Virus record (IMG/VR): IMGVR_UViG_3300009183_000091
Coordinates: 1,681 to 65,680 of that record
DNA from: a virus
Taxonomy: Duplodnaviria > Caudoviricetes
DNA length: 64,000 bases
Strand: one strand, 5' to 3'
In this document: positions 28,201 through 37,172 of the stretch, one piece after another
Numbering within the stretch: the first letter of the stretch is position 1
Layout: each line of letters begins with the position of its first letter
Position numbers and translations under genes: made by a program
The notes under the pieces: model-generated
Database searches by the model: none
The model's input: the letters and a program-made list of their open reading frames with translations, nothing else
What the model was told of the DNA's origin: nothing

Positions 28201-31200
28201 GTTATATCTTTTATTAATTGCTCTTTAGATTTTTCAGCTATCTTAGCTTCTTTACCTTCTAGCAAAGTATTAACAGCCTCAAGATTCTTTTGAATATCAG
28301 CTACGTTTTTAGCTTTATCAAAGTTCTTAGCTACGTAACTTTTAACCTCAGTCTTTTTATAGTTGTCTACAGGAAGATTATCATTAACAAATTTCTTAGC
28401 TCTTGCTTTTAAAGCATTAAACGCTTTAGGGTCTATATCTTTACCTTTAGCAGCTTCTAATTCTTGATTAAATGCATCAAACTCAGAAGCTCTTAAATCA
28501 TCTGTGTTAAAATTAAAATGCTGAGGCACTAAGTCAACTAATGCTTTTCTATACTGTGAACTTATCTTAGCTCTTTCTTTAGGGTCTGTAATAGCTTTAT
28601 ATGCATCAGTGTTACGTAATGCTTTCATACCAGCATCAATAGATTGTCTAAAGTTACCAGCAGTAACACCACCCACTTCAATAGCCTTAGCGACAGTCTC
28701 TATTGTAGCGTTCCATACTTTATCAAGTCCAGGAGCAATATTAACCATGGTTGTTCCTTTTGGTGTATTCCATTTAGCCTTACGTAATGTATCAGCTAGA
28801 CTCTTAGCTACTTGAGCTTCTTTTGTAGGTTGTTTAGTTTTAGCCCCTTCTTCTTTTAGCATTGAGTCATATATAGACTTCATCTCTTTATTCAGCTTAA
28901 TGTCTATTTCACTTCCTTTAATACCGCTATAAATATCAGTTAACCATACTTTAAAGTTTTCAAATATCTTATTCAACGATTCTATTGGAGATTTACCTTC
29001 CGCTAAATATTTCTCAAATCCTCTTGCAAAATACTCACTTGTTTCTGTAGTCCAAGTTTTTGTTCCAGCAGCTTTTAAAATTTTATTTCTCTCAGTGTCA
29101 GTTAAATAGTGTTCATATACGTGAGCTAACTCATGCAATGGAGTTGACACGTTAGGATCTGTTAAAGCGTATATTATAGCTTTTCCATCCATAGCTACCA
29201 TTGCTCCTTTAGCTTTTCCACCTTTATCTTTTTGAAATAAAGCTAATCCTTTTTCTACTTCCGCTTTTAGTTCGGGTGTTATGTCTATGGAGTTTTGAGT
29301 GGAGGTTTCTTGATATTCCCCATCTTTATAGTTAGTCATATCACTCTCACGACCTTTAGTAACGTTTTCTATCTCCACCGTTTTCGGTTCTTGTTTAGTC
29401 AATCCTTTAATTACATTTCCTAATATACCTAAATTACCTTCTGTTGTACTTCCATAAAACCCTTTCATTCCTTTGCCACCTACTTTTAACCCCTCACCAC
29501 TAATTTTTCTTATTGGATTATTTTCTTCTCTTTTTTGGGCAGAATGGAATAATTCTTTTTTAGTACCAAAATCATTTTGGATTTTTTCTGCCATATCCTT
29601 TCCAATAGTATTTTCTATCTCTTTAAGGGTTGCATCTTCTTTCCTATATATGATTTGAGTATCATCTCCTTTATCAAAAACATTTATTTTATAAGTGCCA
29701 TCACCATTAGGAGAATACTCAATTCTGTCAACAGAATTTTGAAGATTATACCTATCATTTTGTTGCTCACCTGTTGTCCATGCTATTTTGGTAGCACCTT
29801 GTTTTACTGCTTCTTGAAGAGCTACTTTTGCACCAAGTTTTGCCCAAGCATTTGTATCGGTAACAAATGGAGCGTTTTCTACTCCTCTATTTTCATTCTC
29901 TTGTTCAAAATTATATAATTCATCTCTTAAATTTGAAAGAGAATTTTCTCCCTCAAATCTTAATTTGTAAATTTTATCTTTTAATTTTCTTTTTGTAGAT
30001 TCGTAATTGTTAGATTTTTTTTCAATCTCGTTTATTTCTTCTTCAAGAGCATTAAAGTCTCTGTTATTTCTAACATTCATTTGAGCTTCTTTTAATCTTG
30101 ATCTTTCTATATATAATTCAGTTTTTTCTTCTTTTGTTAATGGTTTTAAATTCTCAATTTTAAGTTCTAATTTTTTAACTTCATCTTCAGCTTTTTCTAC
30201 CTTTTTCTTAATATTATCTCTTTCTTTTTGAACTTCTTTATTTTTAAATCCTCTTCTTTTTCCTTCTTGACCCCAATCACTTTGTACTTCTTCAAGAAAC
30301 AAAACTTTATTTCCATCTGCATCAGTTCTTGTATTCATCCTTAAATGAACAAGAATGTTAGATTCGTCAAAATGAGAAGATTTATATTTTTCATTCACAT
30401 AAGCAAACCCTTGTTGATAAGATACGTCTTTTGGTAACTTTGATTCTAATTGACTTAACTCAGATTTCATTTCATTAACCTGATCTTTTTCTTGTTGAGT
30501 TGGCATTCTTAATCCTATATCTTTTATAAGATTATTATATTCAGTTAATTTAAAATTATAATTTTTTACAGCATCCATGTTTTCAGGCATTGTAATTAAT
30601 ACCTCCTTGTAGTTTTCTTTTTCTCCTTTTAATTGATAATCAGAATATTTAGTTCTCTCAATAGGTTTTCTTCCTTTATATTTTTCAGGATTTAATATTA
30701 TATCATTTGCTTCATCTTCGTTATTTATCTCCATTAAAATAGCTCTTTGCGGACGAGATTTACTATAAATATTCCAACTTTTTGCTGGATTTTGCTTAAT
30801 AAACAAATCATTTTTATCAAGTCTTGATATAAAATCTAACGTAGAATCACTTTCTTCAGGATCTGTATAGAATGAACTAAGCCTTTTGTCCGATGATTCT
30901 TTTACCACTTCAACAACATTAATTCTATTGTCTTTTAAATATTGTTGTATATCTGATTTAGAAATAGAATTAGCTGCGTTTTCTTTTAAATAATCTTGTA
31001 ACCCTGTCCAAGACATTTCTTCTTTATTACCCCCTCTAGAAAGTAATTGTGTGGCCCATTGATTGCCACTCATTTTTTCCTGTTTTACTTGAGATAATGC
31101 TTTTTCTGTATTGGAATAAAAACCATTCACAACATCTACATCTGCATTTCTAAGATTTACATTTTCTCCATTTACAGTTCCTTGAAATAAAACCCCTTCT

Positions 31201-32018
31201 AATTTAGATACATTTTGTTCTGTATCTTTTACGAAATCTAACCTACTATACATTTCGGATTTATCAACTCCAGCTCTTTTAGCCATTGTTCCAACCATTC
31301 TATCCATAGCTACAGCAGAAGCAAATGATTTAACTCTATCAAGTCCAAATAACTCTCTATTAATTCTATATAAATCTCTAAAGTTTTTAGGTGTTATTCC
31401 AGACTTTTCAGCTACTTTATCTTGCTCTTCAGAAGTTGGCTCTGTCACAACTTCTTCTGTTTTTGTGACAGGAGTAACAGTTTCAGTAACCTCAGCAGTA
31501 GGATTGTATTCAAACTTATTATCACCTACTTTAGTAAATCCATTTTTCTCATAAAAGGATTCTAATCTGCCTAAATCAGTTTCTTCATCTAATTCAGTAG
31601 TAGCATCTAATACTACCTTCTTACCTAATTTATCGGCTTGTTTTTTAACGCTCTCAAGAACTTTAGTGCCTATTCCTTTACCTCTATTTTCTTTGCCTAC
31701 ATACACAGCTGTTAAGGATAAATCTTCCCCTTTTGGAGTTAATAAAACACTAGCATCAGGATTCTCCTTACTTACTTCAGTTGTTACCTCTTGAGCTACT
31801 TTGTAATTGTCTTTAGCTTCCGTCACAGGGACAGTAGGTTTAATAGCAGATGGAAGTTTAAATGAAGAAGCCATAGCCTCATCAGCTTTTATCCCTCTGA
31901 TTTTTAAGTCGTTCTCCATCATTACTTTGTCAAGATAACCTTCACTAAGTAACTTCTTAAATTCACTTTCAGAGTAGACCTTATCGTCTCCCTTTATCTG
32001 GTATTCACAATCTGCCAT
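25296..32018 (-). CDS. large polyvalent (probably ejected) protein with GNAT and zincin-like metallopeptidase domains
   Basis: GNAT VYVGKENRGKGIG..FYEKNGF; EEVQSDW domain; HELAH..EYFARGF; long helical C-terminus. Confidence 0.75.
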   Translation of the reverse strand: MADCEYQIKGDDKVYSESEFKKLLSEGYLDKVMMENDLKIRGIKADEAMASSFKLPSAIKPTVPVTEAKDNYKVAQEVTTEVSKENPDASVLLTPKGEDLSLTAVYVGKENRGKGIGTKVLESVKKQADKLGKKVVLDATTELDEETDLGRLESFYEKNGFTKVGDNKFEYNPTAEVTETVTPVTKTEEVVTEPTSEEQDKVAEKSGITPKNFRDLYRINRELFGLDRVKSFASAVAMDRMVGTMAKRAGVDKSEMYSRLDFVKDTEQNVSKLEGVLFQGTVNGENVNLRNADVDVVNGFYSNTEKALSQVKQEKMSGNQWATQLLSRGGNKEEMSWTGLQDYLKENAANSISKSDIQQYLKDNRINVVEVVKESSDKRLSSFYTDPEESDSTLDFISRLDKNDLFIKQNPAKSWNIYSKSRPQRAILMEINNEDEANDIILNPEKYKGRKPIERTKYSDYQLKGEKENYKEVLITMPENMDAVKNYNFKLTEYNNLIKDIGLRMPTQQEKDQVNEMKSELSQLESKLPKDVSYQQGFAYVNEKYKSSHFDESNILVHLRMNTRTDADGNKVLFLEEVQSDWGQEGKRRGFKNKEVQKERDNIKKKVEKAEDEVKKLELKIENLKPLTKEEKTELYIERSRLKEAQMNVRNNRDFNALEEEINEIEKKSNNYESTKRKLKDKIYKLRFEGENSLSNLRDELYNFEQENENRGVENAPFVTDTNAWAKLGAKVALQEAVKQGATKIAWTTGEQQNDRYNLQNSVDRIEYSPNGDGTYKINVFDKGDDTQIIYRKEDATLKEIENTIGKDMAEKIQNDFGTKKELFHSAQKREENNPIRKISGEGLKVGGKGMKGFYGSTTEGNLGILGNVIKGLTKQEPKTVEIENVTKGRESDMTNYKDGEYQETSTQNSIDITPELKAEVEKGLALFQKDKGGKAKGAMVAMDGKAIIYALTDPNVSTPLHELAHVYEHYLTDTERNKILKAAGTKTWTTETSEYFARGFEKYLAEGKSPIESLNKIFENFKVWLTDIYSGIKGSEIDIKLNKEMKSIYDSMLKEEGAKTKQPTKEAQVAKSLADTLRKAKWNTPKGTTMVNIAPGLDKVWNATIETVAKAIEVGGVTAGNFRQSIDAGMKALRNTDAYKAITDPKERAKISSQYRKALVDLVPQHFNFNTDDLRASEFDAFNQELEAAKGKDIDPKAFNALKARAKKFVNDNLPVDNYKKTEVKSYVAKNFDKAKNVADIQKNLEAVNTLLEGKEAKIAEKSKEQLIKDITDKVKANSKKIISYNKKTGRKTGKISLPAQRKISELYKQGAFDSLDSMTQEELKILNDNIDNILTTGRADTKFDEITEDNRKRKDQAMFLEELGGKPVILNGKQKILDKFDDKNGVVVINGQSMNKSRFETFIKNNPKADLSNVKFYINEQSNVENLKSKTQGPLRRAKQSTLFAIRDLETAVKLLGKGSPKMRAWLENQIMKPIREAEYKKQDYIIRTIGEYNAKKREIFGTAGGRYTLNNSSGISAGETSLKGRESDSLTNAQVVHYYGLINNKDAEKRKTNIEILKKQNAINPQEIIDYMNNPKNKKLMDYYNLLNDMYNGDLADRFIPVIESLYGIEIEKGNYWPEPKSGASTDPGSILDLEGGNSSNISAIAPQMMHRNNASAYPFEAISADEMFNRYIESMAHAEQFIPVVQNVYSLLAKNNVPHLINKLNDVNRYNSFITDLGIVLTDKSPFQNDFVSRMANANALTTLLLRFKSISQQAVSALNYYTAGIKDGVYPHDVLIAPVPINKGEAKFMKEFFLDNSYLWTRITGGMATQDTQALKVGIDKFLESRIFNGANNKVHSNINQAIKDLTKLATNVSMSPIKLGDFIAITAPGGGGSFALAQFRNNVAKGQDFETAQENAMQRWFEETERTQQPSIARETISNATYQSTYRLLFPYLSANNAMVKKISKGLIDISDWKSLNNNERAQALSDVVYYTLFAGVPFGLISTGGIVAWLRYNEDDEEESDIKKNRILYDSFADNIQGNMGTLGISGLISKMALNTLRGRDFYNNIPVFQRMANIANVAVGLYNTEGDISKLDKTELNDFWKGWEPTEFEMRKMKKMTPAERDQYLKDNPFAVKKFYEEVAKEYENLNIFQKMGGSSKKSLNTILGKDNFNEMVESFGALLEGDADANEVLLQIKSRDKDFYFKDKKPDKFYDDNISPYLGKVKEEPKKRRSRGSSKPGQFPKQSFGPKIPKF

Positions 32019-32019
32019 G

Positions 32020-32487
32020 TTATTTTCCTAATTCTTGATCAATTAAAATAGGTTCACTTGTTCTGCTTAATCTAGCAATTAAATCTCCATACTCTCCTAC
32101 GCTATCACTTTGTAGTTGTATAAACTCATTAAATAAAACTTTACATTTAGGACTAGACTTCTCCCAAGCGTCTTCATACTCACCTAATAAATCCATCTCA
32201 GCTTCTAATGCAGCTTGAAGAGAGTCCATAAGGTCATTTATAGGCGATTTAACAGCAGATACTGCTCTTACCTCTAATTGCTCTCCCATGTTGTTCATGA
32301 AGTCCTCTAACTTGCTGTAATGCTCTCTCTCAGTGTTTGATTCTTTTATGAAGAATGCAGCTGCTCCAAAGAAGTTTATACTCTTCATTGAGTTCGCTAA
32401 ATGTAAGTAAAGCTGACTAGCTTCTAATTCCATCTGACCTAAGTCATTAATCATTTCTATTTCCTTCGGGCTTAGTAAATTTTCCAT
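32020..32487 (-). CDS. ferritin-like protein
   Basis: ELEASQLY, GAAAFF..E..EREH, LEAE, FIQLQ, IDQELG align by eye with FtnA-type ferritins. Confidence 0.85.
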   Translation of the reverse strand: MENLLSPKEIEMINDLGQMELEASQLYLHLANSMKSINFFGAAAFFIKESNTEREHYSKLEDFMNNMGEQLEVRAVSAVKSPINDLMDSLQAALEAEMDLLGEYEDAWEKSSPKCKVLFNEFIQLQSDSVGEYGDLIARLSRTSEPILIDQELGK

Positions 32488-32488
32488 A

Positions 32489-35400
32489 TTAACATTTCTT
32501 TTTAATTATATTATTGCTCTCTAGTTTGTTTACAATCGATGTAAATTTACTATCTATTTTTGTAATTCTTTCTACTTTATCCCCATATTTTTCATTAAAT
32601 GCTTTCATTGCCTTAACTTTCTTAGCAGGACTCATTGAGTTTATACTAGATAATTCATCAAATTCATTAGTAGTCTTCGTCTCAGTAACTACTTCTGGAG
32701 CTTCTTTTACTTCCTCTGTAGTAGTAACTTCTTCCGTAGGAGTTATTTCTGTTTGTTCTTCTTGAACCATTCCACCAGGGCTAACCTCTTCTTCGCTTGT
32801 TTCAACGATAGGCTGGGTTTCGATAGATTCTTTCCCTTCTCCGACTTCACTTGATACCCTTGATTGGTTTTCTTTAACATTTTCTTGTTGTTTGTTTATA
32901 GTTTCAATAGTTTTATCTACTATTGATTGTATATCGCTATTTACTTGATCTAATGGAGGATTAGATAAGGCGGATTGAGTAGGATCAAGTTTTTTAGCTT
33001 GCTCTTCTAATGTTTGCTTTTTCATTAGCAAGTCAACCATTTTAACTCTATCTTCTCCCTCTATCTCATTACTAATTTTATCATTTACCTCAACAAATTT
33101 ATCAAAGTTTAATATTTGATTTTCAGCTTGCTCCTTAGATATTTCGTTAGTTAATTGTCTGTTAGCAACATAAGCCATGTATTGCTTTTTTAATACTTCA
33201 TTACTAGCCGTAAGTCTAAATGCATCAAGATCCTTAGCACTCATGTCGCTTATATTACCTCCAGAGAATACCTCAACAGCTTTAAATGTACTACCTAACG
33301 CTCCACCTCCTATTCCCCCCATAGCGGAAGCTTCAGCAGTCATGGATAAATAATCTTGCCAAGTAGCACCTGTATTAAACGCATCTAAATCTAACCAATT
33401 ATCAGATAGTTCTTTCCATCCAATTTCTAATAATGCTGTAGATGCACCCTCTGCAATCGCCTCTCTAGGAGCAGATTTTAAACCAGTAGCAGATATAGCA
33501 CCTATATTAGCGAATACCTCTGATTTAATAATCTTATCTACTACTTCTATTGAAGAGTTTTTAGGTATTTTAGCAAGAGCTTTATTTAAAATTGGCGTTA
33601 ACATGTCTCCTAAAAAAGAAGAAGTGTTACCCTTCATAATAGCACCAAGACCTAAATCTTCTATAACACCCATTCCTATAGCGTAAGGAAGAGCAATAAG
33701 CTTTTTCTGATACTCTGGTAAATCCTTTAATTCAGGATTACTATACAATTCTTTATTAATATCAGCATAAGCAATAGAACCAAATCCTGCTATCTGCCCA
33801 GCTTTTTCTAATACAGTTCCTTTAGTTATCCTTGCAACAGGATTAATATAAACACCAGCTACAGATTCAGCTACACCTAATAATGATTTTGTAACAAATC
33901 CTTCTTCTTTAGCATAAGCTTCAGTCTTACCTAAATCAAAAAACCCTAACATTTCATCAGGCCATTCTTGAAGAAGCTTCATTTTTCTTTCAGCTGTTTC
34001 TTCTTTTGTCTCGCTAATAATACCTACCGCTTTTTCTATATCCATCATTACATCAACAGTAGATGTTAATGATTTTACCCCACCGTTTACAATGCCTGAA
34101 ACAAGAGAACCTACAACAGTATTAGGCCCTTCAAAATTAGCTCTTTCACTTTGTACTACAGCAGCATAAGTTGACTCTATATCTTTCTGAACTCCCTTTA
34201 ATTGAGCCATAGTTTGATTTACCTCAGCTTCTGTAGCTGTAATATTATCGTATAATCCTTTATTACCTTGTATAGCTTTATTAGCATTTGTAATAGAGGT
34301 ATTTAGATTTGTTTGTAGTTCAGTTATCTTATTAGATAATTGAGTTACTTTTTGGGTATATACATCATCACCCATTAAATCTCTTTCTTTTTCAAGTAAG
34401 TCTATTTCAGAAGCTAGTTTCTTTTGTTGATCTCTTGTGCTTTTTTTCATAGCTTCTAACCTCTGTAAATCTGGTGTTACAGCTTCGTTATATTGCTTTG
34501 ATTTTTGAGTAAGTACCTCAAGTTTTTTACCTAATTCATCTTGTTCATTCTGTAAGAAATCAGTAAACTCACTAGTATTTAATTTTTTAGTGTTAGGTGC
34601 GTATATAGATTCTCCCTCAAACCCTTTACCAAAAGATACAGAAATAGGATTGCCCTTTTTATCAAATGAATAAAATAAAGATTGATTGTTTCTAGCTACT
34701 TCTCTTTGAGTTAATTTAGTAAATGCGTTTACAGGATCGTTATAAGCCATCCAGTCATATACATATTTTTGAGCAGGAGTTTCTTGAACTCCACTTAACC
34801 ATGACTTCAATTTAGCTACTCTATCTTTATCTTGCTCGCTATCTTCTCCTAAATCTATCTCTAGGTTACTAACCATTGTTCCTTTAGGGGCAATTAAAAG
34901 AACTCTATCCATGTCAAAAATAGTAGCTCTTTCATACAGGTCTTTATCTCCTCCTGTAAAAAGAGTAGAACCTAAAGGCTTAACTGTTATTCCTAATCCT
35001 ATTCCTTCAATGTAATCTTTAAAGTCTCCTTGACTTTGATTAATCAAGTTGACATCTATTCCAGTGATAGGTTTAATATAAGTAGATAAATTCTTATTAG
35101 CCCATTTCTCAACTTCTTCAACATTTTTAAACGTATTAAACGGAGTGTCCTTAAACTTTGTTTTACCGTAAGTAATATTAGATACTTTACCTGTTTGATT
35201 AAATTCATAAAAAGGATTGTTAGCTCCTACTTTATATTCTTCACCATTAACAAATACACTACCTTGCAATTCTTCAGCTATTCTAGTGTCTTCCTTACTC
35301 TTTTTAGATAGACTAGCTAAATATCTTTTTTGAGCATCTGCGGTAGAATCATCCATTACACCAGTAAGACCAACACCAAAGAAAGGGTCATCACCTTTTA

Positions 35401-37141
35401 AAAATGGTTCTCCATTTTCATCTAATGCTCTTAATAATCTTTTTTGAAGGTTAAATGTGCTTCTTTTAAATTTACCTGGAGATCTTACTACATTGCCTTG
35501 GTCATCAGTAGTAGTCATTCCGTACTTTTCCCAATAACTTAATGTTCTTGGCGGTATAAAATACGGATCGCTATCTGATGCTTTTATATCATAAGTCTTA
35601 TATTGAAAACTATCTTTATTCCAAGAACTTATACCATATCCATTTTTGTTTCTTTTCTTCTGATCATCGTTCTCTTGAATATCTTTAAATAAAGTTACTT
35701 TTTGACCATTATCTAAAGTGACGGTAACAGGAGGTAATATTCCCCAGTTAGGCAATAAAGCCGCTTTAAACTTTCCTTGTTCTTTACCATCGTTAGATCT
35801 TGACCAATTAACAGAACTTCTTAATATCTTATCAATAGCCATAAGTTCATTAGGCTTCATGTTGTATTGAGAGATGATACTGTTAGTGTGTTTAGCTGCT
35901 GCTTGTTCTCTACTTAACCCTTCTTTAGACATATATCTTTCTATAGTGCCTTCTCTTGCAAATAAATCTAATACAGCAACTATAGCGGTAGTATTATCTT
36001 TTATTTTATCTCCATATCTTCCACCTATTTGTTTGTCTCCATCAAATTGTATTCTATCATTAAATACATTTTTAGCAATAGTATTTTTTCTAAAATCAAA
36101 TGGATCTTTAACAACCCACTTGTCAGGATAATAAGTATAATCTTTTTCACCTTCTGGAGCAGGAGGTAAACAAGGACCTGGAGATCCATAACTGGGAGAG
36201 TCTTTATTCATGCACAGCCCTTTAAAAGACTTCTTATGTGCGTACCTTGTTTCTTTTTTAGTAGCTTTTAATTCTTCTTTAACATACTCATTCTTACTTA
36301 ATGAATTAAGTTGCTTATCTAAAGAATTTATTTTCTTTCTTAAATCAGAAAAATCTCCTTTTCTTTTTTCTTGTTTTGCTAAATCAAAAGATTGTTGAGC
36401 TGATTGTAAGTCTTCTAATATACTATAATATTCATTAAGAGAATTTTGTTTCAACTCTTTTTTCTCTACGTCTTCAATGTTTTTTTCTATTTCTTTTCTT
36501 TCATCAGAAGATAAAGTAGCTGTAGTAGGATCATAATCTATTCCTACTTGTTTTAAACTTTCAGGATTAACATCAAGTCCAGATGTTGAAGAAATTTCAT
36601 AATCGGTTTCAGGCGCACTAAAAAAACTATTTTTGTTAAATTCAGTTTTCTCCTTATCTAAAGGTTCTTCTATTAATCCATTTCTTCTTTGAAACTGAAG
36701 TATTCTATCTAACTCTGAATCATAAGGCTCTTCTGGTATATTCTCAAAAGATGCATCAAATGAAAGTGGATCTTCATAATCATTAAATGGAAGATTTTGA
36801 TCCTCTTCATCAATAGGAGATTCATAAGGAGTAAACTCATCATTTTCTTCTGTTATATCAGATGGAGGTATTACTGGCTCTACAACAGGTAAAGAAGGAA
36901 CTTCTCCTTGGAATGCTTCCTGATCAGCTATACCTCCTGTTGATTCAACTCCTATAACTTCTGGCTCTGTCATCTGACGTTGAACAGGAGGCTCTATAGG
37001 TGTTTCAGTAGGCGTTACTTCTGCTGGTGCTTTTATATTAACATCAAATTGCTCTGGAGTAACAGGTTCTTGAGTCTGTATCTGTACAGTCTCTCCCTCT
37101 CCTCCAGTCTGAGTATTCATTAAGTTTTCTTCAACTGCCAT
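32489..37141 (-). CDS. large internal virion / ejection protein
   Basis: 1550 aa, acidic disordered ends, coiled coil, Gly/Ala hydrophobic helices; TAAATTTG promoter at 37161-37168. Confidence 0.6.
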   Translation of the reverse strand: MAVEENLMNTQTGGEGETVQIQTQEPVTPEQFDVNIKAPAEVTPTETPIEPPVQRQMTEPEVIGVESTGGIADQEAFQGEVPSLPVVEPVIPPSDITEENDEFTPYESPIDEEDQNLPFNDYEDPLSFDASFENIPEEPYDSELDRILQFQRRNGLIEEPLDKEKTEFNKNSFFSAPETDYEISSTSGLDVNPESLKQVGIDYDPTTATLSSDERKEIEKNIEDVEKKELKQNSLNEYYSILEDLQSAQQSFDLAKQEKRKGDFSDLRKKINSLDKQLNSLSKNEYVKEELKATKKETRYAHKKSFKGLCMNKDSPSYGSPGPCLPPAPEGEKDYTYYPDKWVVKDPFDFRKNTIAKNVFNDRIQFDGDKQIGGRYGDKIKDNTTAIVAVLDLFAREGTIERYMSKEGLSREQAAAKHTNSIISQYNMKPNELMAIDKILRSSVNWSRSNDGKEQGKFKAALLPNWGILPPVTVTLDNGQKVTLFKDIQENDDQKKRNKNGYGISSWNKDSFQYKTYDIKASDSDPYFIPPRTLSYWEKYGMTTTDDQGNVVRSPGKFKRSTFNLQKRLLRALDENGEPFLKGDDPFFGVGLTGVMDDSTADAQKRYLASLSKKSKEDTRIAEELQGSVFVNGEEYKVGANNPFYEFNQTGKVSNITYGKTKFKDTPFNTFKNVEEVEKWANKNLSTYIKPITGIDVNLINQSQGDFKDYIEGIGLGITVKPLGSTLFTGGDKDLYERATIFDMDRVLLIAPKGTMVSNLEIDLGEDSEQDKDRVAKLKSWLSGVQETPAQKYVYDWMAYNDPVNAFTKLTQREVARNNQSLFYSFDKKGNPISVSFGKGFEGESIYAPNTKKLNTSEFTDFLQNEQDELGKKLEVLTQKSKQYNEAVTPDLQRLEAMKKSTRDQQKKLASEIDLLEKERDLMGDDVYTQKVTQLSNKITELQTNLNTSITNANKAIQGNKGLYDNITATEAEVNQTMAQLKGVQKDIESTYAAVVQSERANFEGPNTVVGSLVSGIVNGGVKSLTSTVDVMMDIEKAVGIISETKEETAERKMKLLQEWPDEMLGFFDLGKTEAYAKEEGFVTKSLLGVAESVAGVYINPVARITKGTVLEKAGQIAGFGSIAYADINKELYSNPELKDLPEYQKKLIALPYAIGMGVIEDLGLGAIMKGNTSSFLGDMLTPILNKALAKIPKNSSIEVVDKIIKSEVFANIGAISATGLKSAPREAIAEGASTALLEIGWKELSDNWLDLDAFNTGATWQDYLSMTAEASAMGGIGGGALGSTFKAVEVFSGGNISDMSAKDLDAFRLTASNEVLKKQYMAYVANRQLTNEISKEQAENQILNFDKFVEVNDKISNEIEGEDRVKMVDLLMKKQTLEEQAKKLDPTQSALSNPPLDQVNSDIQSIVDKTIETINKQQENVKENQSRVSSEVGEGKESIETQPIVETSEEEVSPGGMVQEEQTEITPTEEVTTTEEVKEAPEVVTETKTTNEFDELSSINSMSPAKKVKAMKAFNEKYGDKVERITKIDSKFTSIVNKLESNNIIKKKC

Positions 37142-37172
37142 AAAATTATATCTATAAATGCAAATTTAATAA

